From assembly GCA_963742705.1 (NCBI GenBank), contig CAVUMZ010000010.1, positions 59,967-123,966 of the forward strand: a DNA stretch of 64,000 bases. Reading direction: 5' to 3'. This DNA comes from an uncultured Solirubrobacterales bacterium (lineage in GTDB: Bacteria; Actinomycetota; Thermoleophilia; Solirubrobacterales; Solirubrobacteraceae). A program made the position numbers and the translations under genes. Below are positions 50,778 to 60,849 of the stretch, piece by piece; position 1 is the first letter of the stretch; each line of letters begins with the position of its first letter. The notes under the pieces were generated by a model. The model was not told the DNA's origin. It saw only the letters and a list, made by a program, of their open reading frames with translations, and ran no database searches.

Positions 50778-52373
50778 ATGCGTCAGCTGCGACTCGGCCT
50801 CGCAGCGCTCGCCCTGATCCTGCTGGCCCCGGCCTCCGCCGGGGCGCGGGTCCTGCTCGTCGGCAGCTACCACGGCATCGCCGGGGACTACACCGGAATC
50901 CAGGCCGCCGTCGACGCGGCGCGACCGGGCGACTGGATCCTCGTCGGCCCGGGCGACTACAAGGAGACCGGCGACCGGGTGCCGGCCGGGGCGGGCGGGG
51001 ATGACCGCGCGGGCGCCGGCGTCCTGATCGGGGTGCCCGGACTGCACCTGCGGGGCATGGATCGCAACGCCGTGGTCGTCGACGGGACCCGGGCCGGGAC
51101 GCCGGCATGCAGCCCGGCCGCCGGCGATCAGCTGCCCGATCGCAACGGCATCCTCGTCTACGAGACCGACAGGACGCAGATTCAGAACCTGACGGTGTGC
51201 AACTTCCTGGCCGGGGCCGACGGCGGCGGGAACCTGATCTGGTGGGACGGCGGCGGTTCGACCGGCCAGCAGCATCTGGGCCGCTTCACCGGGTCCTACC
51301 TGAGCGCCACGTCGACTTTCTACGGCGGGCCCGACGGCCCGCTCTCGACCTACGGCATCTACGCGTCGAACACCTACGGCCCGGGGACGATCAGCCGGGT
51401 CTACGCCAGCAACATGGCCGACTCGTCGTTCTACGTCGGCGCCTGCCTCGACTGCAACGTCACGCTCAACCGGGCCCACGGCCAGTTCAGCGCGCTCGGC
51501 TACTCGGGGACGAACTCTGGCGGCCACCTCATCATCGAGCATTCGGAGTTCGACCACAACCAGTCGGGCATCGTCACGAACTCGGCCAACAACGACGATG
51601 CCCCGTCGCCGCAGGACGGGGCGTGCCCGCACGGCGGGCGCGGACCGACCGCAAGCCAGTCGTGCTGGGTGCTGCGGGCGAGCAACATCCACGACAACAA
51701 CAACGCGAACGTGCCGACGACGGGCCTGGCGACGCTGGCCCCGGTCGGGACGGGCGTCGTGATCGCCGGCGGGCGGGACGACACGGTGGTCGGCAACCGG
51801 GTCACCGGCAACGGCGCCTGGGGCATCCTGGCCATCCCCTTTCCCGACGTCGGCAACCCACCGGCGGTGGCCGACTGCGCCGGCGGGACCGCGGCGCCGC
51901 TCGGTGGCCTGCTCGGCAGCCAGGCGCTGTGCTACTTCGACGACTTCGGCAACGAGATCGCCGGCAACACGCTCAGCGGCAATGGCGGCTTCGACAATCT
52001 GACCAACGCCGACCTGGCCGAGGCGTCGAACCTGGAGGACCCGGGCAACTGCTGGCACGACAACGTCCGGCCGGCCGGGCAGGGCACCGTCACGAGCGCG
52101 CCGCCGCTGCTCCAGTTCACCCACCGCCTGTGCAGCGTGCCGAACGTCGGCGCCGCCTTCGTCAGCCCGCTCGGGCTGGACGTGATCTGCGATGCCCAGT
52201 TCCTCGCCTCGCTGCTGCCGGGCGCCGACTGCCCGGCGGTGTCGGGCCTGCCCGGCCTGCCCGGCCTGTTCGTCTACCCGCGGACGACCGCGGTCGCGAT
52301 GCCGGCGCTGCCGGCCCAGCCGTCGCTGACCCAGCCGTGCCGGGGCGTGCCAGCCAACCGCTGGTGCCGCTGA
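50778..52373 (+). CDS. Secreted right-handed parallel beta-helix repeat protein
   Basis: Signal peptide MRQLRLGLAALALILLAPASAGA. Repeated PbH1-like turns (IQNLTVCNF, EHSEFDHNQSGIV, SNIHDNNN, VVGNRVTGNGAWGI, IAGNTLSGNG). Confidence 0.75.
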   Translation: MRQLRLGLAALALILLAPASAGARVLLVGSYHGIAGDYTGIQAAVDAARPGDWILVGPGDYKETGDRVPAGAGGDDRAGAGVLIGVPGLHLRGMDRNAVVVDGTRAGTPACSPAAGDQLPDRNGILVYETDRTQIQNLTVCNFLAGADGGGNLIWWDGGGSTGQQHLGRFTGSYLSATSTFYGGPDGPLSTYGIYASNTYGPGTISRVYASNMADSSFYVGACLDCNVTLNRAHGQFSALGYSGTNSGGHLIIEHSEFDHNQSGIVTNSANNDDAPSPQDGACPHGGRGPTASQSCWVLRASNIHDNNNANVPTTGLATLAPVGTGVVIAGGRDDTVVGNRVTGNGAWGILAIPFPDVGNPPAVADCAGGTAAPLGGLLGSQALCYFDDFGNEIAGNTLSGNGGFDNLTNADLAEASNLEDPGNCWHDNVRPAGQGTVTSAPPLLQFTHRLCSVPNVGAAFVSPLGLDVICDAQFLASLLPGADCPAVSGLPGLPGLFVYPRTTAVAMPALPAQPSLTQPCRGVPANRWCR

Positions 52374-52493
52374 GCGGTATCCGTAGGCGGCTTTCGCAGT
52401 GTCGCAATGCGCGACCGCCAGTCGCGTGCCGCCCGCACGGGCCTCCCCGGAGCGGCGCGACCCGAGCGGGCCGCGCCGCGCCCGGGGCGTAGA

Positions 52494-52880
52494 TCAGCCG
52501 GGGAGCGAGGCGCCCACCTCGGTGAACCCCGGGGCCGAGTAGGCCGCGCCCGGGGTGCCGCCGATCGCCAGCAGCTGGACCGGCTCGTCGGCTGTCGTGA
52601 TCTTGCGCGTCACGCCGGGGCCGACGCGGGCGAAGACCCCCGGCTCGAGCCGGAACGTCTCGCCTCCGGCGTGGAGCGTGGCCGACCCCGACAGCGCCGT
52701 GTAGACCTCCTCCTGACCGTCGGCCGAATGGTCGTGCTCGGGGAAGTGCTCGAAGGCCGGGGGGAAGTTCTCGACCTGCATTCCGAACGCGCTCACCCCG
52801 AGGCTGGCCCGGGCCCGGCAGAAGCCGCCGCCGTTGGGGGTGTCGAACTCGGCGACGCGCTTGATCGTGACATCGGACAT
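52494..52880 (-). CDS. Cupin-domain protein
   Basis: Start at MSDVTIKR (ATG 52880). The cupin motif is FPEHDHSADGQEEVY..G.....G. The upstream part of ORF 52494..53264 is not protein-like. Confidence 0.8.
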   Translation of the reverse strand: MSDVTIKRVAEFDTPNGGGFCRARASLGVSAFGMQVENFPPAFEHFPEHDHSADGQEEVYTALSGSATLHAGGETFRLEPGVFARVGPGVTRKITTADEPVQLLAIGGTPGAAYSAPGFTEVGASLPG

Positions 52881-52994
52881 GTTGTTGGTGCCTCCTGGGG
52901 CTTCGCGAGATGATCCGTCGGGGAACAGACGAACGGCCGGCGGCGAAAAGGACAGCGATCTCGTAGCGGCCGCAGCGGGCGCTACCTTCAAGTC

Positions 52995-55160
52995 GTGCAA
53001 CCGGTTCTCGAAGCCTTCTCCCGGGCCGCGGGCGGCGACCCTGCCGGGCTGGCCCAGGCCCGCAGCGCGTGGGGCGGACTGACCTCGGCCGAGCGCGACC
53101 TGCTCGCCGAGCTCGGCCGGCATCTTGCCCGGGTGACCGCGCCGTCGCCGGCGCTCGGCGAGGTGCTGGCCGCGCTGGCGGCGACCGATGTCCCCGCGGC
53201 GCGCCGGGCCACGGCTGGGCTCTCGGCGGCCGAGCGGGGACTTGTCGGCCCGCTCGGCCGCCACGTCGCCTCCCAGCCGGTTCCGGTCGACGAGGAGGCG
53301 GCGGCCTGGCTGGCCGGGCAGGAGGGCCTGGCGGCCGAGGAGGATCCCTACGAGGGCTACGACTTCGCCGGAGAGATCGCCCGTGAGGCGGTGCGCGACC
53401 GCCCGCGCCGGACGGGCATCCGCTCCGAGCGCACGCCCGAGGAGCTCCTCGGGCTGATGGGCCTGAGCGCGTTCCGGCCGAGCCAGCGCGAGGCGGTTCA
53501 GGCGGCGCTCGACGGACGCGACAGCCTCGTCGTGATGCCGACCGGCGGCGGCAAGACGCTCTGCTACCAGCTGCCGGCCCTGGCCTCAGACGCCCTGACC
53601 GTCGTCGTCAGCCCGCTGATCGCGCTGATCTCAGACCAGCACAAGCGCCTCGTCGACGCCGGTCACCGATCGGTGATGCTGGCGTCGAACCTGCCGCCCG
53701 AGGTCAACCGCGCCGCGCTCGACGACGTCCGCTCCGGCGGCGCCCAGATCGTCTTCTGCGCGCCCGAGCGCTTCGCCAGCCGGGCGCTGCGCGAAGCCCT
53801 GCTGACCCGGGACATCGGCCTGTTCGTCGTCGACGAGGCCCACTGCGTGAGCGAGTGGGGGCACGACTTCCGGCCCGACTATCTGCGCCTGCGTCCGGTG
53901 ATCGACCTGCTCGGCCGGCCGCCGGTGATGGCCTGCACGGCGACGGCGACGCCCCGCGTCGCCGAGGAGATCGCCGCCCGCCTCGGGCTGCGCGACCCGC
54001 TGCTCGTCCGCCGGGGCTTCGACCGGCCGAACATCAGCTTCGACGTGATCACGCTCGCCGGCGACGGGGCAGTCGCCCGCAAGCGCGGCATCCTCCTCGC
54101 GGGCCTGGCCGCCGCCGAGAACCGCCCGGCGATCGTCTACTGCGGCACGCGCAAGGACACCGAGGCGGTCGCCGACCTGCTCGTCGGCGCCGGGATCACG
54201 GCCGCGCCCTACCACGCCGGGATGGACGCGGCGGACCGAAACGCCAGCCAGGGGCGCTTCATGGACGGGTCGGTGGACGTCGTCGTGGCGACGAACGCCT
54301 TCGGCCAGGGCATCGACAAGCAGGACATCCGCAGCGTCTGGCACTGGGCGCTCCCGGCGAGCGTCGAGGGCTACTACCAGGAGGCCGGACGCGCCGGGCG
54401 CGACGGCGCCCCGGCGCGAGCGGTGCTCCTGGCGATGCGCGGCGATCTCGGCCGGCTGATCCAGTTCATCAAGAACTCAGAGATGACCGTCGGCGACGTC
54501 AAGGCCGTCATCGAGCGGCTGCGCCGCAGCGGCGACGCCGGCGGCGTGGCGATCGTCGACCCGCGCGGCCAGGACGACCGCGAGCGGATCGCCCTGGCGG
54601 TGGCCGAGCGCGCCGGGACCGTGACGCTCGCCCCCGCCCCGGGCGGCCGCCTCGCCGCGACGATCACCGGCCGCCTCGACGAGTGGGCGGCGCGGGCGGT
54701 CTGCCGGGAGGCGACCAACCGCCGGTGGACGGCCTACCAGGCGCTCAAGCGTTTCGCCGACAGCGCCGATGTCTGCCGCCGGCGGCAGCTGCTCGACCAC
54801 TTCGGCGACGACACGCCGACCGCCCCGCAGGGGCGGTGCTGCGACGTCTGCTCACCGATCGAGTGGATCGACCTCGACGCGATCCGCAGCGCCCGACCCC
54901 GCGGGCGTCCGGCGCCCGCCGCGCCGAACGCAGCGGCCGGGCCGCCGGTCGACGAGACCGAGTTCGAGACGCTCAAGCGCTGGCGCCACGCCCGCGCCGA
55001 CGGCAAGCCGGCGTACACCGTCGCCGCCAACGCCGCGCTCGAGGAGATCCTCCGCCGGCGCCCGGGATCACCGGACGAGCTGCTGGCGATCCGGGGGATC
55101 GGACCGGCGTTCGTCGAGCGTCACGGCGAGGACCTGCTCGCCGTCCTCGGGACGCTGTGA
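52995..55160 (+). CDS. recQ: ATP-dependent DNA helicase RecQ with ~150-aa N-terminal extension
   Basis: FRPSQREAV, MPTGGGKTLCYQLPA, DEAHCVSEWGHDFRPDY, a Zn-binding CCDVC region and a C-terminal HRDC domain. The GTG 52995 start adds an extension carrying two copies of the GL(T/S)xAERxL(L/V)xxLGRH(L/V)A motif. Confidence 0.9.
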   Translation: MQPVLEAFSRAAGGDPAGLAQARSAWGGLTSAERDLLAELGRHLARVTAPSPALGEVLAALAATDVPAARRATAGLSAAERGLVGPLGRHVASQPVPVDEEAAAWLAGQEGLAAEEDPYEGYDFAGEIAREAVRDRPRRTGIRSERTPEELLGLMGLSAFRPSQREAVQAALDGRDSLVVMPTGGGKTLCYQLPALASDALTVVVSPLIALISDQHKRLVDAGHRSVMLASNLPPEVNRAALDDVRSGGAQIVFCAPERFASRALREALLTRDIGLFVVDEAHCVSEWGHDFRPDYLRLRPVIDLLGRPPVMACTATATPRVAEEIAARLGLRDPLLVRRGFDRPNISFDVITLAGDGAVARKRGILLAGLAAAENRPAIVYCGTRKDTEAVADLLVGAGITAAPYHAGMDAADRNASQGRFMDGSVDVVVATNAFGQGIDKQDIRSVWHWALPASVEGYYQEAGRAGRDGAPARAVLLAMRGDLGRLIQFIKNSEMTVGDVKAVIERLRRSGDAGGVAIVDPRGQDDRERIALAVAERAGTVTLAPAPGGRLAATITGRLDEWAARAVCREATNRRWTAYQALKRFADSADVCRRRQLLDHFGDDTPTAPQGRCCDVCSPIEWIDLDAIRSARPRGRPAPAAPNAAAGPPVDETEFETLKRWRHARADGKPAYTVAANAALEEILRRRPGSPDELLAIRGIGPAFVERHGEDLLAVLGTL

Positions 55161-55177
55161 GGGTGTAGCGTTCGCCG

Positions 55178-55534
55178 GTGGAGACATGTGTCGATAAAGG
55201 AGTGACGGCTCGGGTCTTCCCGGGAGTGCCGCTCCCGCCCGGTGGGGGCGACCGCGTCGACATCGCCGTCAGCGGCCTCGACCAGGCCGGGCCGTCGTAT
55301 GAGCTCCGCGTCTTCCTCGGCAACCCGGCGGCCGACGCCGCGACCGACCTGACGCCGGACGCCGGCTATGCCGGCTCGATCCACGTCTACGGCTACGGCG
55401 ACCCGCCGCCGCCCGATCTCGGCGATTCGCGGCCGCGGCTGCCGATGACCCGCTCCCTGGTCGCGAACGACGCCGTCCGCGCCGCCGCCGCCCGCGGCCC
55501 GACGGCGGCGGTGACGCTCGTCCCCGTCGGCTAG
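55178..55534 (+). CDS. Hypothetical protein
   Basis: 118-aa ORF with good GC3. The start is ambiguous. No family recognised. Confidence 0.45.
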   Translation: METCVDKGVTARVFPGVPLPPGGGDRVDIAVSGLDQAGPSYELRVFLGNPAADAATDLTPDAGYAGSIHVYGYGDPPPPDLGDSRPRLPMTRSLVANDAVRAAAARGPTAAVTLVPVG

Positions 55535-55695
55535 GGCGCCCCGGACCCGGCGATCGACCTCACCGGTGTGGATGTTGCCGTGGTGACCGGCTAGAGCACG
55601 CGTGTCCTCGCCGGACGTCCGCCGCTCGGCGAGGCGCAGCGGATCGTCCACGCGCCGTGGAGTCCGCTCGCCCCGCCGAGCTGAGCGATAGGGGC

Positions 55696-56319
55696 CTACG
55701 GGCCGGTCAGCGGCTTGACCGGCAGGATCGACCGGCCGAACGACGCCGCCAGCACGCCCGCGAAGGAGACGTACCAGGCCATCGCCGCGGTCGCCAGCCC
55801 GAAGTAGCCGCCCCACTTGATGAGATTCGGGTGCGGGCCGGTGTTGCCGAACCCGAGCAGGAAGAACGTGATCGCCAGCAGCAGGAACACGAGCACGACG
55901 CCGACCGAGGCGCGGAGGGCGGCGACCAACATGTAGGTCGTGAAGATGCCCCAGGCGATCAGGAACAGGCCGACGGCGTCGCCGACGTCGCCCGCCGGGA
56001 TGCCCTTGGCGTAGAACACGTTGAGCGCCCAGAAGGACAGCCAGAAGGCGCCGAAGGAGCTGAAGGCGACGGCGCCGAACGTGTTGCCGCGCTTGAACTC
56101 CCACATCCCGGCCAGCAGCTGCGTGAGGCCCCCGTAGGCGAGCGCAAGCCCCAGCACCACCGGCTCCCCGCCCTTGCCGATCAGGTCGGCGTTGAACATG
56201 CTGAGGACGAACGTCGTCAGGGCGAAGGCGGCGAGCCCGAGCGGGGCGGGATCGGCGACTGCGGCGACTGCGACCGGCGCCGCCGGGGCGCGCTCGGTCG
56301 GGACGTGGGCGGCTTGCAT
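55696..56319 (-). CDS. GPR1/FUN34/YaaH-family acetate/succinate transporter (SatP-like)
   Basis: Start at ATG 56319 with SD GGAGGAG. The family signature appears as ADPAPLGLAAFALTTFVLS (for NPAPLGL), followed by 6 TM segments. Confidence 0.85.
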   Translation of the reverse strand: MQAAHVPTERAPAAPVAVAAVADPAPLGLAAFALTTFVLSMFNADLIGKGGEPVVLGLALAYGGLTQLLAGMWEFKRGNTFGAVAFSSFGAFWLSFWALNVFYAKGIPAGDVGDAVGLFLIAWGIFTTYMLVAALRASVGVVLVFLLLAITFFLLGFGNTGPHPNLIKWGGYFGLATAAMAWYVSFAGVLAASFGRSILPVKPLTGP

Positions 56320-56555
56320 GGCTCCTCCTTCCCCCGCACGGTCGCAGGTGCCCAGGGCCGTCCGAGGATTTATTGACAGGTAGGCCGAGCGTATCCCGAA
56401 CCGCGGTCGGAATTCCAGGTTCAAGGCGTACACCTGCCCGTCGGTCAAACCTGTTCGCCATCGAACGGGGGCGGGCGCTCGGTGCTCGACGGGCGCGGGC
56501 GGCAGAAGCTCAGCTTCGTCTCCGGGTGCACCCAGTCCGGGTATCGTGCCCGCCG

Positions 56556-57173
56556 GTGACGCAGCCGCTCCCGATCGGCGTGCTCGCCTCCGGCGCCGGC
56601 ACGAACCTCCAGGCTCTGATCGATCACGTCCACGGCCGCGAGGCCGAGATCGTCGGCGTCGCCTCCAACCGTCCGCAGGCGCCGGCGCTCGGCCGGGCGC
56701 AGCGCGCCGGAATCCCGACCGGCGTCTTTCCCCTGGCCGCCGGGGAGGACCGCGCCGAGCGCGACGGGCGGATGGCCGCCTGGATCGCCGCCCGGGGGGC
56801 TCGCCTCGTCGTCCTCGCCGGCTATATGCAGCTGCTCGGGCCGACCTTTCTCGACCGCTTTCCCGATGCGGTGATCAACGTCCACCCGTCCCTTCTGCCC
56901 GCCTTCCCCGGCCTGCGCGCCGTCGAGCAGGCGCTGGCCTACGGGGCCCGGGTGTTCGGCGTCAGCGTGCACCTGGTCGACGACGGCGTCGACACCGGTC
57001 CGGTGATCCTCCAGCAGGCGGTCTCGCTGCCGGACGCCCGCGACGCGGACGAGGTGCTCGCCGCCCTGCGGCCGCTCGAGCACGCGCTGCTGCCCGAGGC
57101 GGTGCGGCTGTTTGCCGCCGGGGCGCTCCGTCGCGACCCGGACAACCCGCGGCGAATCGTGAGCGGTCGGTGA
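56556..57173 (+). CDS. purN: Phosphoribosylglycinamide formyltransferase
   Basis: GTG 56556. IGVLASGAGTNLQALID, LAGYMQLL, VINVHPSLLPAFPG, HLVDDGVDTGPVILQ. Confidence 0.9.
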   Translation: MTQPLPIGVLASGAGTNLQALIDHVHGREAEIVGVASNRPQAPALGRAQRAGIPTGVFPLAAGEDRAERDGRMAAWIAARGARLVVLAGYMQLLGPTFLDRFPDAVINVHPSLLPAFPGLRAVEQALAYGARVFGVSVHLVDDGVDTGPVILQQAVSLPDARDADEVLAALRPLEHALLPEAVRLFAAGALRRDPDNPRRIVSGR

Positions 57174-58786
57174 CTCCGGCTCGGATATCCTCGGACGCAG
57201 TGGCCGCCGCCGACACCTCGCCGACCGAGACCGCGCCCGGCGAGGTTCGCATCCGCCGCGCCCTGTTGTCGGTCTCCGACAAGCGCGGCATCGTCGATTT
57301 CGCCCGCGGCCTGGCCGAGCTCGGCGTCGAGATCGTCTCGACCGGCGGCACGGCCACCGCGCTCGCCGCCGCGGACATCCCGGTCCGGGCGATCGACGAC
57401 TTCACCGGCTTCCCGGAGATCATGGACGGCCGCGTCAAGACGCTCCACCCCAAGCTCTACGCCGGCCTTCTGGCGGTGCGCGAGAACCCCGCCCACATGG
57501 AGGCGGCCGCAGCCCAGGGGATCGAGTTCGTCGACATGGTCTGCGTCAACCTCTACCCGTTCGAGCGCACCGTCGCCCGGCGCGGGGCACCCGACGCCGA
57601 GGTGATCGAGAACATCGACATCGGCGGGCCGACGATGATTCGCGCCGCGGCCAAGAACCACGCCTACGCGGCGCCGGTCGTGCGGCCCGAAAGCTACGAC
57701 GCGATCCTCGACGAGCTGCGCGAGGCCGACGGCCGGCTGTCGCTGCCGACGCGGGAGAGCCTCGCCGCCGAGGCCTTCGCCTACAGCGCCCGCTACGAGG
57801 CGGCGATCGCCCGCTGGTTCGCGGAGAAGGGAGACGACTTCCCGTCGCTCTACGTCCGCGCGTTCGAGAAGGTCGTCGACCTCTCCTACGGCGAGAACCC
57901 CCACCAGCGGGCCGCCTACTACCGCCAGGTCGGCGCCCGGGCCGACCTATTGTCGATGGTGCGCCAGCACCAGGGCAAGCAGCTGTCGTTCAACAACCTG
58001 CTCGACCTCGACGCCGTGCGTCAGCTGATCGCCGAGCTCGACCCGCCGGCGTGCGCGATCGTCAAGCACAACAACCCGTGCGGCTGCGCGCTGGCCAGCA
58101 GCGGCCTCGATGCCTACGCCCGGGCGTTCGCGTGCGACCCGATGAGCGCCTTCGGCGGCGTGATCGCGTTCAACATCCCCGTCGACGGCGAGCTCGCCCG
58201 GGCCGTCGTCAAGCAGTTCCTCGAGCTCGTGGTCGCCCCGGCGTTCGACGCCGAGGCGCTCGCGGTGTTCGCGGCCAAGCCGAACGTCCGCGTGCTCGAG
58301 ACAGCGGAGCGCCGCACCTACGGCGCCCTGCCGGCCTTCCGCCAGGTGATGGGCGGACTTCTGGTCCAGGACCGCGACATGGTGCTCGAGGAGCGCGCGC
58401 AGATGACCGTCGCCAGCGCCCGGCAGCCGACCGAGACCGAGTGGCGCGACCTCCTGTTCTCCTGGCGTGTCTGCAAGCACGTCCGCTCGAACGCGATCGT
58501 CCTCGCCCGCGACGGGGTCACCGTCGGTATCGGCGCCGGGCAGATGAGCCGCGTCGACTCGGTGCGCCTCGCGGTCGAGAAGTCGAACGCCGACTCGCTC
58601 GCCGGAGCGTCGCTCGCCTCGGATGCCTACTTCCCCTTCGCCGACGGCCCGGAGCTGGCGATCGCCGCCGGCGTGAGCGCGATCATCCAGCCCGGCGGAT
58701 CGATCAGGGACGCCGACACGGTCGCCGCCGCCGACGCCGCGGGCGTGGCGATGGTGCTGACGGCGCGGCGCCACTTCCTCCACTGA
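57170..58786 (+). CDS. purH: Bifunctional AICAR transformylase / IMP cyclohydrolase
   Basis: GTGA overlap with purN. RALLSVSDKRGIVDFA, MDGRVKTLHPK, DIGGPTMIRAAAKN, and C-terminal VLTARRHFLH. Confidence 0.95.
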   Translation: MTPARISSDAVAAADTSPTETAPGEVRIRRALLSVSDKRGIVDFARGLAELGVEIVSTGGTATALAAADIPVRAIDDFTGFPEIMDGRVKTLHPKLYAGLLAVRENPAHMEAAAAQGIEFVDMVCVNLYPFERTVARRGAPDAEVIENIDIGGPTMIRAAAKNHAYAAPVVRPESYDAILDELREADGRLSLPTRESLAAEAFAYSARYEAAIARWFAEKGDDFPSLYVRAFEKVVDLSYGENPHQRAAYYRQVGARADLLSMVRQHQGKQLSFNNLLDLDAVRQLIAELDPPACAIVKHNNPCGCALASSGLDAYARAFACDPMSAFGGVIAFNIPVDGELARAVVKQFLELVVAPAFDAEALAVFAAKPNVRVLETAERRTYGALPAFRQVMGGLLVQDRDMVLEERAQMTVASARQPTETEWRDLLFSWRVCKHVRSNAIVLARDGVTVGIGAGQMSRVDSVRLAVEKSNADSLAGASLASDAYFPFADGPELAIAAGVSAIIQPGGSIRDADTVAAADAAGVAMVLTARRHFLH

Positions 58787-58835
58787 TCGCTTCCCGCTGG
58801 ATGCCGTACGCCCGGGCGGCTAGGCTCCGCTGACG

Positions 58836-60386
58836 GTGGGTGGGAGACGCAGAGGCCAGGGTCGCCGGGCGAGCAACCTGCTCGTCGGCTCGGTCACGAC
58901 GCTGATCGTCGTCGTGGCCGTCTTCCTCGCCTACAACGCCAACCAGGGCCTGCCGCTCGTGCCGACCCGGTCGCTCCATGTCGAGCTCGCCAACGGGCAG
59001 GAGCTGCTGCGCGGCAACGAGGTCCGCGAGGGCGGCACGAGGATCGGGATCGTCGACCAGCTGCGGCCGCAACGCCTGCCCGACGGCGTCGTCGGCGCCG
59101 TGGCGACGCTGAAGCTCGACGCGAGCTCCGGCCGCTTCCCGGTCGACAGCACGGCGACGATCCGCACGCGCTCGGCGCTCGGCCTCGAGTACCTCGAGGT
59201 CACGCGCGGACACGCCAGCCGGCTGATCCCCGACGGCGGGACGATCCCGCTGGCGCAGACGGCCCAGCAGGTCGAGCTCGACCAGATCTACGGGATCTTC
59301 GACGCCAAGACGCGGGCCGCCGTCGAGGGCAACCTCAAGGAGCTCGGGGACGCGTTCGCCGGCCGCGGCGCCGATCTGAACGAGACGATCCGCGGCCTGC
59401 CGCGGACGCTCGGCCTGCTCGCCCCCGTCGCCGCGAACCTGGCCGCCGCCCGCACGGGCCTCGCGGCGTTCTTCCCTGCGATCGAGCGCACGGCGGCGGT
59501 GGTCGCACCGGTCGCCGGCCAGTTCGCCCGGACGTTCACGTCGGCGGCCGACACGTTCGCCGCGATCTCCCACGACCCGGCCGCCCTGCGCGACACGATC
59601 ACCAAGCTCCCGGGGACGCTCGCCGTCGGCACCGACTCGCTCAATGCCCAGCTCCCCTTCCTGCGCAACACGGCCGCGTTCAGCAAGGACCTGGCGAAGG
59701 CGACGGTCGAGCTCCGCCGCGCGCTGCCTGACCTCAACGCGGCGCTCAAGGTCGCGATCCCCGTGACCAAGCGGTCGTCGGGGCTCTACGCGAACCTTCA
59801 GCAGACGCTGGCGGCCCTGCTCGACCTCGTGACGACGCCGACGACCAACGCCGCCCTGCGCGGCCTGACGGCGACGGTCACGACGCTCCAGCCCCAGCTG
59901 CGCTACCTCGGCCCGTTCGTCACCGTCTGCAACTACTGGAACATCTGGTGGACGTTCGTCAGCGAACACCTGTCGGCCCCGACGCCCCAGGGAACCGCCC
60001 AGCGGGTGATGCTCGACCTGGCGACCGTGCAGAACAACTCCTACAGCATCGCCGGGGCGGTCGCCCCGGCCAACGGCGAGGGCGTCGTCGCCGGCGGGCC
60101 GCCGGTCTACCTGCACAACCAGCCCTACGTGCACGCCGTCGACAACGCCGGCCGGGCCGACTGCTCGGCCGGCCAGTCGGGCGTCGTCGAGCGCGACTAC
60201 AAGTACGGCCAGCCGCGCTTCAAGATCGCCGTCGACGCGATCGGGCCCGACCAGTTCGGCTATCCGCTCGGGCCGACCTATAAGACCTTCGGCCCGGACG
60301 GCGGCCAGGGCCTCGGGACGAGCAGCGTGCCGGCCGGCGAGACGTTCACCGCCCTGCCCGGCGGCACCGCCGCCCAGGTCCCCTGA
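58836..60386 (+). CDS. MCE-family (MlaD domain) protein, solitary
   Basis: An N-terminal TM (VGSVTTLIVVVAVFLAY), then the MlaD/Mce fold start (LPLVPTRSLHVELANGQELLRGNEVREGGTRIGIV) and a long helical C-terminal region. Confidence 0.85.
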   Translation: MGGRRRGQGRRASNLLVGSVTTLIVVVAVFLAYNANQGLPLVPTRSLHVELANGQELLRGNEVREGGTRIGIVDQLRPQRLPDGVVGAVATLKLDASSGRFPVDSTATIRTRSALGLEYLEVTRGHASRLIPDGGTIPLAQTAQQVELDQIYGIFDAKTRAAVEGNLKELGDAFAGRGADLNETIRGLPRTLGLLAPVAANLAAARTGLAAFFPAIERTAAVVAPVAGQFARTFTSAADTFAAISHDPAALRDTITKLPGTLAVGTDSLNAQLPFLRNTAAFSKDLAKATVELRRALPDLNAALKVAIPVTKRSSGLYANLQQTLAALLDLVTTPTTNAALRGLTATVTTLQPQLRYLGPFVTVCNYWNIWWTFVSEHLSAPTPQGTAQRVMLDLATVQNNSYSIAGAVAPANGEGVVAGGPPVYLHNQPYVHAVDNAGRADCSAGQSGVVERDYKYGQPRFKIAVDAIGPDQFGYPLGPTYKTFGPDGGQGLGTSSVPAGETFTALPGGTAAQVP

Positions 60387-60486
60387 CGCCGGCGCCGCCG
60401 CCCCGGCCGGCGCGGCGACCGCGGCCGGCGTCCCGCCTCCGTCAGGCGTCGCCCACGAAATCCGCGCCGGCAGCCGCGGGGCGGCC

Positions 60487-60720
60487 CTACTTCTCCGGGC
60501 GGAAGGCGGTCGAGCCCGACGGCAGCGGCGGCGGCGTCATCCGCGCCTTGCGGCCGTTGAACGACGTCGGCTGACCGTTCGACGCGACGACCGGCACCGA
60601 CCACTGGCGCTCGGCCGGGCGGCCGCACTCCGGGCAGTTGGCCGGCGTGCCGGCCTCGGTGTGGTGGCGCGTGGCCTCGAACGAGCCGCAGCTCTCGCAG
60701 ATGTAGTCGTAAAGCGGCAT
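60487..60720 (-). CDS. FmdB-family zinc-ribbon protein
   Basis: MPLYDYICESCGSFE...CPECG is the classic FmdB CxxC..CxxC N-terminus. Confidence 0.8.
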   Translation of the reverse strand: MPLYDYICESCGSFEATRHHTEAGTPANCPECGRPAERQWSVPVVASNGQPTSFNGRKARMTPPPLPSGSTAFRPEK

Positions 60721-60849
60721 CGGGCGGCTCCTCTCAGTGCTCGGAAAACTAGACGCGGCCAGGGTATCCGACTGCCCGCACGAGGCGGGTGACCGTCACC
60801 GGCGCGCCGGCGGGCCGCCGGGGCCGGGCACCTCCCCTACCCTTGCCGG

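Noticed and set aside
56345-56465. ZTP (pfl) riboswitch-like fragments on the minus strand upstream of the SatP-like transporter and divergent from purN-purH. GGCGAACAGGU lies at 56459-56449 and CGGCCCUGGGCA near 56361-56350.
   Set aside because: I could not build the P1/P2 helices or the GGCG/CGCC pseudoknot (the 3' element reads GGCC). The conserved GACUGGCG is imperfect (GAUGGCG). A transporter of this family is not a typical ZTP-regulated gene. Only cmsearch with RF01750 could revive this.
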